Of a DNA stretch of 64,000 nucleotides, positions 1-10,002 are shown piece by piece. Numbering within the stretch: position 1 is the first letter of the stretch; each line of letters starts with the position of its first letter. The position numbers were made by a program, and so were the translations under genes. The notes beneath the pieces are model-generated. The model was not told the origin of the DNA. It saw only the letters and a program-made list of their open reading frames with translations, and did not search any database. Source of the stretch: an uncultured Collinsella sp. (GTDB taxonomy: Bacteria; Actinomycetota; Coriobacteriia; Coriobacteriales; Coriobacteriaceae); assembly GCA_902464565.1 (NCBI GenBank), contig CABQJV010000006.1:27839-91838 (forward strand), in the 5' to 3' direction.

Positions 1-366
1 AAAAACGGCGTCGGCACCACGTTTAGGCTCGACGAGCGCGTGGCGCTGGCCCGTGAGGCGCTCGGTGATATTGACGGCGTCGAGGTGCTGCCCTTCACCG
101 GCCTCTTGGTCGATTTTGCCCGCGAACAGGGGGCAGGAGCCGTGGTCAAGGGCCTGCGTGCCATGACCGACTTTGAGTACGAGCTGCAGCAGGCCGACCT
201 CAACTACCGCCTGGATAACGAGCTGGAGTCCATCTTTGTCATGAGTGCGCCGCAGTACGGCTATATCTCGAGCTCGGTGGTTCGCCAGATTGCCTCGCTC
301 GGTAGCGACGTCTCTAATTTTGTTCCGCCCAATGTGGTCAAGGCGCTCAAACATCGCTTTTCGTGA
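1..366 (+). CDS. coaD: Phosphopantetheine adenylyltransferase (5' end outside window)
   Basis: Open frame from base 1; motifs F.LDERV, VKGLRAMTDFEYE, ISSSVVRQIA, VPPNV. Confidence 0.95.
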   Translation, partial: KNGVGTTFRLDERVALAREALGDIDGVEVLPFTGLLVDFAREQGAGAVVKGLRAMTDFEYELQQADLNYRLDNELESIFVMSAPQYGYISSSVVRQIASLGSDVSNFVPPNVVKALKHRFS

Positions 367-434
367 CGTTTTTTAATGCCTGGTGGCATGTGGTAAACTA
401 ACACGATGATATGTTACCTATGAAAGGAGACCGG

Positions 435-932
435 ATGCCGGGCGAGAATTTTCCTGGCGACAGGATCGTGAGTCTTGTCGACGAGCTCGAGGGGCTCATC
501 GAAGAGGCTAAGACGCCGTTCGGCAAGAACGCCCAGATGAAGGTTATCGACGCCGACGTCTTCTTTAACATCCTCGACGAGATCCGCATGAGCTATCCCG
601 AGGAATGGCAGAAGTCCCGCCGTATCCTCAAGGAGCGCGAGGAGCTTATGGCTTCCGCCGCCGCCCAGGCCGATTCCATCATCGCCGATGCTCAGCAGCA
701 GGCCCTCACCATTGCCGGTGAGCAGGAGATCGTCCGCTTAGCGCAGCAGCAGGCCGACGATATTCGCGACCGTGCCCAGCAGTATGAGCGCGAGACGCGC
801 TATGCCGCCGAGGATTACGCCGAGCAGGTCTTTACGCACCTCGAGGAGAACCTCAAGAGCCTGACCGGCACCGTCACCCGTTGCCGTCAGCAACTCAACG
901 AGGGTGCCGCCCAGCAGAATGGTCAGTGGTAA
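435..932 (+). CDS. SepIVA/DivIVA-like coiled-coil protein
   Basis: AAAGGAG RBS before ATG 435; coiled-coil Ala/Gln/Glu-rich sequence; lies between coaD and DUF177-rpmF, as sepIVA does in Actinobacteria. Confidence 0.7.
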   Translation: MPGENFPGDRIVSLVDELEGLIEEAKTPFGKNAQMKVIDADVFFNILDEIRMSYPEEWQKSRRILKEREELMASAAAQADSIIADAQQQALTIAGEQEIVRLAQQQADDIRDRAQQYERETRYAAEDYAEQVFTHLEENLKSLTGTVTRCRQQLNEGAAQQNGQW

Positions 933-1486
933 TGGCTGAGTTCCCGAGCGTTACCGTCGATCTTTCCGAGCAGCTCGAGTTTCCCGGAGACTCGTATCCG
1001 CTGACCGGCAAGGTCGATGTCACCACCTATACGGTGGGCGAGAAGGAGTATCAGCTGCAGGACGGTATTGACTACGACGTTGTCTTTACCAATGCCGGCA
1101 CTGGTGTTCTGCTTACGGGTATGGTCCGCGCGCATGCAACCGGTGAGTGCGACCGTTGCCTGGAGACCGCTTCGTTTGATATCGCCGGTGAGATTGAGGA
1201 ATTCTATCTCTTTAACGAGCCCGAGGACCCCGAGGCCTACGAAGACGGCTACGAGCTGCTGGGCGAGGATCGCATCGTCGATCTGGGTGAGCCCATCAAC
1301 GACGCGGTCGTCATGGACACGCCGTTCGTTGTCCTGTGCAAGCCCGATTGTCGCGGCCTATGCCCCACTTGCGGCATCAATCTCAACGTCGAGCAATGCG
1401 ATTGCGCCGCTCAAGCAGAGGCCGAATGGGCCGCTGCCACGGAAAATCCATTTGCAGCATTGAAGAATCTCAAGCTTGACGAGTAA
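932..1486 (+). CDS. DUF177/YceD family metal-binding protein
   Basis: CDRCL and LCKPDCRGLCPTCG motifs; TAATG overlap with upstream stop; precedes rpmF. Confidence 0.92.
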   Translation: MAEFPSVTVDLSEQLEFPGDSYPLTGKVDVTTYTVGEKEYQLQDGIDYDVVFTNAGTGVLLTGMVRAHATGECDRCLETASFDIAGEIEEFYLFNEPEDPEAYEDGYELLGEDRIVDLGEPINDAVVMDTPFVVLCKPDCRGLCPTCGINLNVEQCDCAAQAEAEWAAATENPFAALKNLKLDE

Positions 1487-1550
1487 AACTGTGGTAGTAT
1501 CGCTACTTGCGCGTAATCGCCACACTGGATAGTTCATAAGGAAGGTCACT

Positions 1551-1730
1551 ATGCCCGTACCTAAACAAAAGCAGGGTCGTATCCGCACTCACACCCGCCG
1601 TTCCGCCAACATGAAGATTTCGGCTGCGGCTCAGTCCACGTGCCCCCGTTGCGGCGCTGTCAAGCTCCCGCACCACGTGTGCCCCAGCTGCGGTTTCTAC
1701 AAGGACCGCGAGGTTATCGTTACCGAGTAA
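1551..1730 (+). CDS. rpmF: 50S ribosomal protein L32 (Zn-ribbon type), absent from the ORF track
   Basis: Manual translation MPVPKQKQGRIRTHTRRSANMK...CPRCG..KLPHHVCPSCGFYKDREV, 59 aa; RBS AAGGAAGG. Confidence 0.97.
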   Translation: MPVPKQKQGRIRTHTRRSANMKISAAAQSTCPRCGAVKLPHHVCPSCGFYKDREVIVTE

Positions 1731-1770
1731 CTGTATACTCTGGATGCGATGCCGTTCCAACTGGAACCAC

Positions 1771-1800
1771 AATGGCCGGCTCAATGAGTCGGCCATTTTT
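1771..1800 (+). terminator. Intrinsic terminator after rpmF
   Basis: AATGGCCGGCTC-aat-GAGTCGGCCATT followed by TTT. Confidence 0.65.
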
Positions 1801-1817
1801 GTATAAGGAGCATGTAT

Positions 1818-2837
1818 ATGAGTAACGTTCGCGTTTGTGTAGACGTTGTGGGCGGAGACGAGAAGCCTCAGGTTGTCCTCGATGGTATCGAGGCGGCTCT
1901 TGCGGCGGATCCCGATATCGAGGTCTTGGCCGTCGGCCCCGCAGAGATCGTGAACCCCTTTGCCGCGGCTCACGCTCGCGTTGAGGCCTTGGAGGCGCCC
2001 GATATCATCGCCATGGATGACGATCCCATTCGAGCCGTGATGACCAAGCGCAAGTCCTCGATCGTGCTTGCCTGCCGCGCTATCAAGAAGGGCAACGCGG
2101 ATGCGTTCTTCTCTGCCGGCTCCACTGGCGCCATGACCGCTGCCGCTACCGCCTACGTGACGCCGTTTAGGTATCAGGCCGAGGGCAAGAAGCAACCGGT
2201 ACGTCCGTGCCTCACCAATGCACTGCCCAACCGCGCCGGTGGCCTGACGGTCCTGTGCGACATGGGCGCTAACCCCGATGTTGAGGTTGACGACATGGTG
2301 CGTTTTGCCCAGATGGGTAGCGCCTATGCACGCGTCGTCTTGGGCATTGAGCAACCCCGCGTCGGTCTGCTCGGCAACGGCACCGAGGATGAGAAGGGCT
2401 CCAACTTTACCAAGGCGTGCTTCCCTGCCATGAAGGCCGCCGTTCCCGGCTTTGTGGGCAACTGCGAGGGTACCGACCTGACCTCGGGTAACTTTGACGT
2501 CGTCGTTGCCGATGGCATGTCGGGCAACATCGCGCTCAAGGCAACCGAGGGCGCCGCTAAGTTTTTGCTGCAAGAGCTCAAGGGTGCCTTTATGGCTTCG
2601 CTCGGCACCAAGATCGCCGCGCTGCTCATCAAAAAGCAGATGCGCGAGATCAAGGCAAAGCTCTCGGGCGATGCCAAAGGCGGTGCCATTCTGCTGGGCC
2701 TGCGTGGCGTGGTCCTGATCGGCCACGGTGCTACCTCGGTCGAGGCCGTCAAAAACGGTACGCTTGCCGCTGCGGAGGCCGTGCGCGCCGGGCTGGTCGA
2801 GAACGTCGCCAACTCTATGGACGGCATCGTTTTGTAG
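1818..2837 (+). CDS. plsX: Phosphate acyltransferase PlsX
   Basis: VDVVGGD, SAGSTGA, DMGANPD, DVVVADG, IGHG motifs; follows rpmF. Confidence 0.95.
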   Translation: MSNVRVCVDVVGGDEKPQVVLDGIEAALAADPDIEVLAVGPAEIVNPFAAAHARVEALEAPDIIAMDDDPIRAVMTKRKSSIVLACRAIKKGNADAFFSAGSTGAMTAAATAYVTPFRYQAEGKKQPVRPCLTNALPNRAGGLTVLCDMGANPDVEVDDMVRFAQMGSAYARVVLGIEQPRVGLLGNGTEDEKGSNFTKACFPAMKAAVPGFVGNCEGTDLTSGNFDVVVADGMSGNIALKATEGAAKFLLQELKGAFMASLGTKIAALLIKKQMREIKAKLSGDAKGGAILLGLRGVVLIGHGATSVEAVKNGTLAAAEAVRAGLVENVANSMDGIVL

Positions 2838-2960
2838 GAGCGAGTTAGAGCGCTGTTATGTGCCTCGCGGCCTTCGTCGTGGGGTAGAATCAAAACCGTG
2901 ACTGGCGTTGCGCTTGCGGTGCCAGCGCGTTGATGTTCACGCAATACGAGAGGAAGCGCT

Positions 2961-3203
2961 ATGGACCGCTCCGAAATCTTCGATAAGATCGCCGAAGTCG
3001 CCGCTGACGTTCTGGGCGTCGATGTCGCCGACATTAGCGACGAGACTACCTTTGACGATCTCGATGCCGATTCCCTCGAGCGTCTGCAGCTGGTGACGGC
3101 CATCGAGGACGAGTTCGACCTCGAGATCGATGACGAAACCCTGCTGTCGCTCAACTCTGTCGCCGACGCTGTCGACGCTATTGAAAACGCCAAGGAGGCC
3201 TAA
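2961..3203 (+). CDS. acpP: Acyl carrier protein
   Basis: 80 aa acidic protein with DLDADSL phosphopantetheine site. Confidence 0.95.
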   Translation: MDRSEIFDKIAEVAADVLGVDVADISDETTFDDLDADSLERLQLVTAIEDEFDLEIDDETLLSLNSVADAVDAIENAKEA

Positions 3204-3206
3204 GTC

Positions 3207-3932
3207 TTGGCTTTATCTCAACGACTCGCGCGCGCCCAGGAAATCCTGGGCCACGAGTTCAATAACAAGGTGCTGCTGCGCGCGGCGCTCACGCACCCCT
3301 CTGCCGTGGAAGGTCAGCCCGTCTCGGCGAGCTATGAGCGCCTTGAGTTTTTGGGCGATTCCATTTTGGGCGCCGTTGTTGCCCGCTCGCTCTTTGAGTC
3401 CTATCCGGAGTTTGACGAGGGCAAGCTTACGCGCCTGAAGGTGTCGCTCGTCTCGGGTGCCACGCTATCCGAGGTCTCCCATGAGCTGGGCATCGACGAC
3501 ATCATCATCTTTGGTGCCTCCGAGACCGGCACGGGCGCGCGCGGCCTGCATTCGGCGCTCGAGAACGTCTACGAGTCGCTCGTGGGCGCGCTGTATCTGG
3601 ATGCCGGCTGGGACGTTGCGGCGGACTTTATCCACCGCACGCTTAAGCCGCACCTGGCCTCCGAGCGTGCCGAGCATCCTGCGAACCCCAAGTCGTTTTT
3701 GCAGGAGTGCGTACAGGCCGACGGCCACGAGCCTCCGGCGTACAAGCTCGTTGGCTCTGAGGGCCCGGCGCACGCACCGACCTTTACCGCCGTGGTGCTC
3801 ATCGACGGTATCCGCCAGGGCCGCGGCACCGGTTCCTCCAAGAAGGAAGCCGAGGGAGCTGCCGCGCTTGAGGCACTCGACCGCATGGGCTACACCACCA
3901 ACGGCGTGATTCTCAACAAGAAGCCTGTTTAA
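3207..3932 (+). CDS. rnc: Ribonuclease III
   Basis: ALTHPS, ERLEFLGDS, C-terminal dsRBD (NPKSFLQE, GSSKKEAE). Confidence 0.97.
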   Translation: MALSQRLARAQEILGHEFNNKVLLRAALTHPSAVEGQPVSASYERLEFLGDSILGAVVARSLFESYPEFDEGKLTRLKVSLVSGATLSEVSHELGIDDIIIFGASETGTGARGLHSALENVYESLVGALYLDAGWDVAADFIHRTLKPHLASERAEHPANPKSFLQECVQADGHEPPAYKLVGSEGPAHAPTFTAVVLIDGIRQGRGTGSSKKEAEGAAALEALDRMGYTTNGVILNKKPV

Positions 3933-3942
3933 GCGAGGAGCC

Positions 3943-6900
3943 GTGTATCTCAAGTCCCTCACGCTCAAAGGGTTCAAGTCGTTTGCCGACCGCGCCCATA
4001 TGACGTTTGAGCCGGGCCTGACCGTTATCGTCGGTCCCAACGGCTCGGGAAAATCGAACATCTCCGACTCGATCCTGTGGGTCCTGGGTGAGCAGAGCGC
4101 CAAGCAGCTGCGCGGCCAGGCCATGGAAGACGTCATCTTCTCGGGCTCGTCGGCGCGCAAGCCGGTAGGCGTGGCCGAGGTCACGCTGGTGCTCGACAAC
4201 TCGGACCATATGCTGCCCGTCGACTTTGACGAGGTGGCTATCACCCGCCGCATGTATCGCTCGGGCGAGAGTGAGTACCTCATCAACTCGAGTCCGTGCC
4301 GCCTGATGGACATCCAGGACATCCTGCACGACTCGGGACTGGGCAAGGATACGCATTCCATCATCAGCCAGGGCAAGCTCGATGCCATTTTGCAGAGCCG
4401 CCCCGAGGAGCGCCGTGCCCTCATTGAGGAGGCCGCCGGCATCTCCAAGCACAAGCGCCGCAAGGAGCGTGCACTCAAAAAGATCAAGTCGATGGACGTG
4501 CACCTGACCCGTGCCCGCGATATCAATAAGGAAATCGCCCGTCAGCTGCGACCGCTGGAGCGTCAGGTCGATCGCGCGCGCAAGTACAAAGAGCTGTCCT
4601 CGCGCGCGAACGAGCTTACGCAGATGCTGGCAGTCGATGAGCTGCGTTCGCTGCAATCGCAGTGGAACGACCTGGAGAGCCGCTCTAAGGAGGGCGCCGC
4701 CGAGCTGGAGCTCGCGCAGTACCGCTTGGGTGAGAAAGAGCGCGAGCTCGAGAAGCTCCAGGTCATGCTCGAAGAAAAGGGCCTGTTTGTGGGCGACTTG
4801 GGCGAGCAGCGCCGCCATATGCAAGATGTGGTCGGTCGCATTAACTCCGACATGCGCCTGCTCGAGGAAAAGGGCCACAACATGGTGTCGCGCCTGTCCG
4901 ACATGCGCGGCCAGATCTCGGGCTCCGAGCATCAGCGCCGTCGCGTGGTCGAGGAGCTCGAGGACGCACGTGCCCAGCTCGAGGAAGTGACCGGCGCGCA
5001 TATGCAGGCCCAGGAGGACGTTGACGCCGCCGGTCCTGCCGCCGCCGAGCTTCACGAGCGCCGCGTGGCGCTTGATGCGCAGATTTCGCAGCTCACGCGC
5101 GAGCAGCGCGATGTGCAGCGCGTTGCCGATAATGCCGCGCTCGAGCTCGCCAAGGTAAAGGATTCGCTTTCCAATGCCGAGGTCGAGGACAACATGTACG
5201 CCTCGCGCCTGGAGCAGATCGACGAGCAGCTCGAGGAGGTCACGGCATCGCTTGAGAGCCGCCGCGACCGTGCTGAGGAGCTTGAGAGCGCCCTTGAGGC
5301 GGCTCGTCAGGCCCAGAGCGATGCGCGCGAGGCCACCGAGACGGCACGCGCTGTCCTCAAGGACCTGCGTGCCCGTGAGAGCGAGGCGCGCAACAAGCTG
5401 TCTGAGGTGCGCTCGGAGCTCGCGAGCCAAAAGAAGCTTGATGCTCGCATGGCCGACAGCTCGCCGCTCGTAAGCCGTCTGGTGGGCGCGCTGGGCGACG
5501 ATGTTTCGGGTCGTCTGGGCGATGTGCTCGAGGCGCCGCGTGAGCTTGAGGGCCTGGTTGAGCAACTGCTCGCCGGCGATATCGATGCCCTGTTGTTCGA
5601 TAACGCCGCCGCACTTGAGCGCGCCGGTCGCGCTGCCTTGGACCAGAAGAAGGCCTCGGGCGAGGCGCTGCTGGTGGCTCGCAGCGTGAGCGGCTCTGCG
5701 GCTGCCGAGGGTGCCGCCGGTGCCCGTCTTGTTGATCGCCTGTCCGTGCGTGCGGGCTACGGTCCGGTCGTCGAGGCATTGCTCGGCGGCTATTACGTGG
5801 TCGATGACTTGGCCGCCGCTCTGTCCGCGCCGGTCGTTGATGGCGTGACCTATGTGACTCCCGATGGTGCACGCGTTGCCTGCGGCGGCCTGGTTCGCGT
5901 GGGGCTTGATGCCGGCGAGGCTTCGGGCGCTCTGGAGCGCAAGCGTCGTATCCGCGAGCTGGAAGGCCTGGAGCCCGATCTTGCTGCCGCGTTTGAGCAT
6001 GTTTCGGATCAGGTCGTCGAGGCCAACGCTGCCGTTGAGGAGGCCCGTGCCGCCGAGGGCGATGCTGCCGGCGAGATTGCCCGCCTTGAGGGCGAGCGTC
6101 GCTCCCTGCTGTCCGAGATCGGCCGCCTGGAGCAGAGTGCCAACAATGCCGAGGTCGAGCGCGTGCGCATTTCCAAGCGCCGCGAGCAGGCCGCAGAGGC
6201 CGTTCGTGCCGCACGTCCGCGCGTGGACGAGCTCACTCGTTCGCGTGACGAGTCCCGTGCGCAGGCGAGCGACTTAGGCTTGCAGATTGCCGAGGCCAAC
6301 GACGAGCTCGATCGCGTGCGCCGTGACGATTCCGAGGCAGCCGGTAAGCTCGCCGACGCCAAGGTGCGCCTGGCCCAGACGAGCGAGCGTCTTCGTTCTC
6401 TGAGGGGCCGCGTGCCCGACCTGGAGCATCGCCTGGAGGGTATCGACCGTCGTATCCGCGGAACACGCCAGGCCTCGCGCTCGCTTGAGCTGCTGCGCCT
6501 TCGCGTCGATCCCATGCACGAGCGCTATTCTGCCCTGTTGGAGCGCGCCTCGGACTGGGCTGCGCGCCTGCGCGATCAGGCAACGCTTGAGGAGGCGGAC
6601 TCGGCTTCGCTTAAGAAGACCATCGAGGACGCCAAGACCGAGGTCGCCCGCGCCAAAGAGAGGGTCGATGCTGCCGCCACGACGCAAAATGAGTTCAAGG
6701 TGGCGCGCGGCAAGCTCGAGGTGCAGGTCGAGGCGGCCATCAAGGCCATTACCGCCGATGGCACCACGGTGCTCGAGGAAGCGCTCATGCTTCCTGCGCC
6801 CACCGATCGCGATGCCGCCGAGCGCGAGCTTAACCAACTCGTGCGCCAGATCAACAACCTGGGCCCTGTGAACCAGGTTGCCATGGAGGAGTACGAGCAG

Positions 6901-7479
6901 CTCAAGCGCCGCGCCGATTACATCGAGGAGCAGCTGGGCGATCTGGAAAGCGCTCGCAAGGCGCTTACCAAGATTACCGTGGCGATCGACCGCAAGATGC
7001 GCAAGGCGTTCCTAGTGACGTTTGAGAAGGTCGATGCGAACTTCCGCGAGATCTTTGCCATGCTGTTCCCGGGTGGTCAGGCGCATCTGGAGATGACCGA
7101 CCCCGAGCATCCGGCCGAGACGGGCATTGAGGTCGTGGCGCAGCCGCGCGGCAAGCGCATCACCAAGATGATGCTCATGTCGGGTGGCGAGAAGAGCCTG
7201 ACGGCGCTCGCCCTGCTCTTTGCCGTATACCGTACGCGCACGGTGCCGTTCTATGTGCTGGACGAGGTCGAGGCGGCGCTCGACGACGCCAACCTGTCCA
7301 AGCTCATCGGCGCCCTCGATGTGCTGCGTTCCGATACGCAGCTCTTGGTAATCTCGCATCAGCGCCGTACTATGGAGGATGCTGACGTTCTCTACGGCGT
7401 CTCGATGCAAGCCGACGGCGTCAGTCGCGTCGTCTCGCAAAAACTCGATCGCGAAACCGGAAAGGTCGTGAATGCATAA
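3943..7479 (+). CDS. smc: Chromosome segregation protein SMC
   Basis: GFKSF, GPNGSGKSN, long coiled coils, MSGGEKS, LDEVEAALD. Confidence 0.97.
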   Translation: MYLKSLTLKGFKSFADRAHMTFEPGLTVIVGPNGSGKSNISDSILWVLGEQSAKQLRGQAMEDVIFSGSSARKPVGVAEVTLVLDNSDHMLPVDFDEVAITRRMYRSGESEYLINSSPCRLMDIQDILHDSGLGKDTHSIISQGKLDAILQSRPEERRALIEEAAGISKHKRRKERALKKIKSMDVHLTRARDINKEIARQLRPLERQVDRARKYKELSSRANELTQMLAVDELRSLQSQWNDLESRSKEGAAELELAQYRLGEKERELEKLQVMLEEKGLFVGDLGEQRRHMQDVVGRINSDMRLLEEKGHNMVSRLSDMRGQISGSEHQRRRVVEELEDARAQLEEVTGAHMQAQEDVDAAGPAAAELHERRVALDAQISQLTREQRDVQRVADNAALELAKVKDSLSNAEVEDNMYASRLEQIDEQLEEVTASLESRRDRAEELESALEAARQAQSDAREATETARAVLKDLRARESEARNKLSEVRSELASQKKLDARMADSSPLVSRLVGALGDDVSGRLGDVLEAPRELEGLVEQLLAGDIDALLFDNAAALERAGRAALDQKKASGEALLVARSVSGSAAAEGAAGARLVDRLSVRAGYGPVVEALLGGYYVVDDLAAALSAPVVDGVTYVTPDGARVACGGLVRVGLDAGEASGALERKRRIRELEGLEPDLAAAFEHVSDQVVEANAAVEEARAAEGDAAGEIARLEGERRSLLSEIGRLEQSANNAEVERVRISKRREQAAEAVRAARPRVDELTRSRDESRAQASDLGLQIAEANDELDRVRRDDSEAAGKLADAKVRLAQTSERLRSLRGRVPDLEHRLEGIDRRIRGTRQASRSLELLRLRVDPMHERYSALLERASDWAARLRDQATLEEADSASLKKTIEDAKTEVARAKERVDAAATTQNEFKVARGKLEVQVEAAIKAITADGTTVLEEALMLPAPTDRDAAERELNQLVRQINNLGPVNQVAMEEYEQLKRRADYIEEQLGDLESARKALTKITVAIDRKMRKAFLVTFEKVDANFREIFAMLFPGGQAHLEMTDPEHPAETGIEVVAQPRGKRITKMMLMSGGEKSLTALALLFAVYRTRTVPFYVLDEVEAALDDANLSKLIGALDVLRSDTQLLVISHQRRTMEDADVLYGVSMQADGVSRVVSQKLDRETGKVVNA

Positions 7480-8396
7480 TGGGATTCTTTGACGCACTCT
7501 CGCGCGGACTTGAGCGCAGCCGCGAGGCCCTTAACGAGGTCTTCTACTTTGGCGGTGAGGTCGACGAGGATTTTTGGGAGGACCTTGAGGACACCCTCGT
7601 TATGGGTGACATGGGTGCCGAGGTCGCCATTCAAGTCTCCGATGACCTGCGTGATGCCGCTGCCAAGAAGAACCTCAAGACCGCCCTGCAGCTTCGCCGC
7701 GCCCTGGCCGAGCAGCTCGAGGGCCATTTTGTGCCTGTTGAGCGCGACCCGTTTTCTGATACGCCCAGCTGCGTGCTGTTTGTCGGTATCAACGGTGCCG
7801 GTAAGACCACCACGGTCGGCAAGATCGCGAGCGCCATGGCTTCCCGCGGCAAGAACGTGGTGATCGGTTCGGCCGACACCTTCCGCGCCGCCGCCATCGA
7901 GCAGCTCGATGTTTGGGGCCAGCGTGCCGGCGTACCGGTTATCAAGCGTGACCGCGGCTCCGATCCTGCGAGCGTGTGCTATGACGTGCTCGACGAGGCC
8001 GATAAGCGCGGCAGCGACCTGGTGCTCATCGATACCGCCGGTCGTCTGCACACGAGCCCCGAGCTCATGCGCGAGCTCGCCAAGGTGGTCAATGTGACCC
8101 GTAAGCGCGCCGCCAATATGGCCGCCGGTCCCATGCCGGTCTCGGTCGTGCTTGTGATCGATGCCGCTACGGGCCAGAACGGTCTGAACCAGGCGCTCGA
8201 GTTTAACGAGGCGCTGGGCCTGGACGGTATTATCATGACTAAGCTCGACGGCACGGCTAAGGGTGGTATCGCCATGGCCGTGGCCGAGAAGCTCAAGCTC
8301 CCGATCCTGCGCATCGGCGTGGGCGAGCAGGTCGATGACCTGCAGGAGTTTAACGCCAAAGATTTCTGCCGCGCCCTGGTGGGCGAGTCCAACTAA
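7479..8396 (+). CDS. ftsY: SRP receptor FtsY (NG domain only)
   Basis: [32 protein letters not shown]. Confidence 0.97.
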   Translation: MGFFDALSRGLERSREALNEVFYFGGEVDEDFWEDLEDTLVMGDMGAEVAIQVSDDLRDAAAKKNLKTALQLRRALAEQLEGHFVPVERDPFSDTPSCVLFVGINGAGKTTTVGKIASAMASRGKNVVIGSADTFRAAAIEQLDVWGQRAGVPVIKRDRGSDPASVCYDVLDEADKRGSDLVLIDTAGRLHTSPELMRELAKVVNVTRKRAANMAAGPMPVSVVLVIDAATGQNGLNQALEFNEALGLDGIIMTKLDGTAKGGIAMAVAEKLKLPILRIGVGEQVDDLQEFNAKDFCRALVGESN

Positions 8397-8406
8397 GGAG
8401 TGACTA

Positions 8407-9882
8407 GTGTTTGATTCCCTGAGCGATCGCCTCAACGACACATTTGACCGCCTGCGCGGCAAGGGTAAGCTGACCGAGGCCGATATTACTTCGGCCATGC
8501 GCGATATTCGCATGGCCCTGCTCGAGGCCGACGTAAACTTTAAGGTCGTCAAGGAGTTCGTTGCCAAGACCAAGGAGCGCTGCATGACCGCCGAGGTCAT
8601 GGAGTCGCTGTCGCCGGCGCAAAACGTCGTCAAGATCGTGCTCGACGAGCTCACCGAGATGCTCGGCTCAACTGAGAGCAAGCTCGTTTTTAGCAACCGC
8701 ATTCCCAACGTCATTATGCTCGTGGGCCTGCAGGGCTCCGGTAAGACCACGGCTGCCGTAAAGCTTGCCTACCTGCTCAAGAAGCAGGGCCGCTCGCCGC
8801 TGCTCGCCGCGTGCGACGTCTATCGTCCCGCCGCTGCCGACCAGCTGGCCACGCTCGGTGGCGAGATCGGCGTGCCGGTCTTCCGCGGTGACGGCGCGCA
8901 CCCGGTCGACATTGCCAAGGGTGCCATCCAGGAGGCCGTCGACCACCTGCGTGACGTGGTCATCGTCGATACCGCCGGTCGTCTTCAGATCGACGAGCAG
9001 ATGATGCAGGAGGCTGTCGACATCAAGAAGGCCGTCAAGCCCGATCAGGTGCTGATGGTCGTCGATGCCATGACCGGCCAGGATATCGTCAACGTCGTCT
9101 CGACGTTTGCCGAGCGTACCGACTTTGACGGCGTGATCATCTCCAAGCTCGACGGCGATGCTCGTGGCGGCGGCGCGCTTTCCGTGCGCCAGGTGACCGG
9201 CAAGCCCATCAAGTTTGTGAGCATGGGCGAGAAACCCGATTCGCTTGAGCCGTTCTATCCCGATCGCATGGCCAAGCGCATTCTGGGCATGGGCGATGTC
9301 GTAGGTATTATCGAGAAGGCCCAGGAGGCAGCCGACGCCGAGCAGCTCGAGGCTGCTGAGCGCATGCTGCGCGAGGGCTTTACCATGAACGACATGCTCG
9401 ACCAGATGAAAGCCGTCAAGAAGATGGGTGGCATGAAGGGTATCCTGGGCATGCTCCCCGGTGGTCAGCGTGCACTCAACCAGATGGGCGGCAACCTGGA
9501 CGAGGGCATCTTCGATAAGAACGAGGCCATCATCATGTCGATGACCAAGGAGGAGCGCCTGCGTCCCTCCATCATCAACGGCCAGCGCCGCGCGCGTATC
9601 GCCAAGGGCGCCGGCGTAACCCCCACCGAGGTCAACAGCCTTATGAAGCAGTGGGGCGAGATGAATAAGATGATGGGCCGCATGCGCACGATGGCCAATC
9701 AGGCACAGGCCGGCGGCAAGAAGGGCAAAAAGGGTAAGAAGGGCAAGAAGATGCGCATGCCCAATATCCCTGGCCTGGACGCTATGGGTCTGGGCGGCAT
9801 GGGCGGCCTGGGTACGGGCGGCCCCAAGTCCGATATGGAGCTGCTGCGCCAGATGGAAGCGCAGATGCGTAATAAGAGATAG
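8407..9882 (+). CDS. ffh: Signal recognition particle protein Ffh
   Basis: GLQGSGKTT, DVYRPAA, DTAGR, ILGMGD, Met-rich M domain. Confidence 0.97.
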   Translation: MFDSLSDRLNDTFDRLRGKGKLTEADITSAMRDIRMALLEADVNFKVVKEFVAKTKERCMTAEVMESLSPAQNVVKIVLDELTEMLGSTESKLVFSNRIPNVIMLVGLQGSGKTTAAVKLAYLLKKQGRSPLLAACDVYRPAAADQLATLGGEIGVPVFRGDGAHPVDIAKGAIQEAVDHLRDVVIVDTAGRLQIDEQMMQEAVDIKKAVKPDQVLMVVDAMTGQDIVNVVSTFAERTDFDGVIISKLDGDARGGGALSVRQVTGKPIKFVSMGEKPDSLEPFYPDRMAKRILGMGDVVGIIEKAQEAADAEQLEAAERMLREGFTMNDMLDQMKAVKKMGGMKGILGMLPGGQRALNQMGGNLDEGIFDKNEAIIMSMTKEERLRPSIINGQRRARIAKGAGVTPTEVNSLMKQWGEMNKMMGRMRTMANQAQAGGKKGKKGKKGKKMRMPNIPGLDAMGLGGMGGLGTGGPKSDMELLRQMEAQMRNKR

Positions 9883-9905
9883 GACTGTAATTCCAGCTTG
9901 ATATG

Positions 9906-9941
9906 ACAAAGGCCACTCGGAAGCTACCGGGTGGCCTTTGT
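9906..9941. terminator. Bidirectional terminator between ffh and the convergent DUF134 gene
   Basis: ACAAAGGCCACTCGG-aagcta-CCGGGTGGCCTTTGT. Confidence 0.75.
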
Positions 9942-10002
9942 TGTTGGCTTTGATTGCTGGGCTGCGTTTAGCGTCGTGCCCTGAGCTCGCGGTGCCGTGC
10001 CG

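Noticed and set aside
1640..1825. 61-aa ORF from the track
   Set aside because: Out-of-frame overlap with rpmF (1551-1730), which is the real gene.
9712..9822. GKK and GGM repeats in the Ffh C-terminus
   Set aside because: A low-complexity tail of this kind is common in actinobacterial Ffh.
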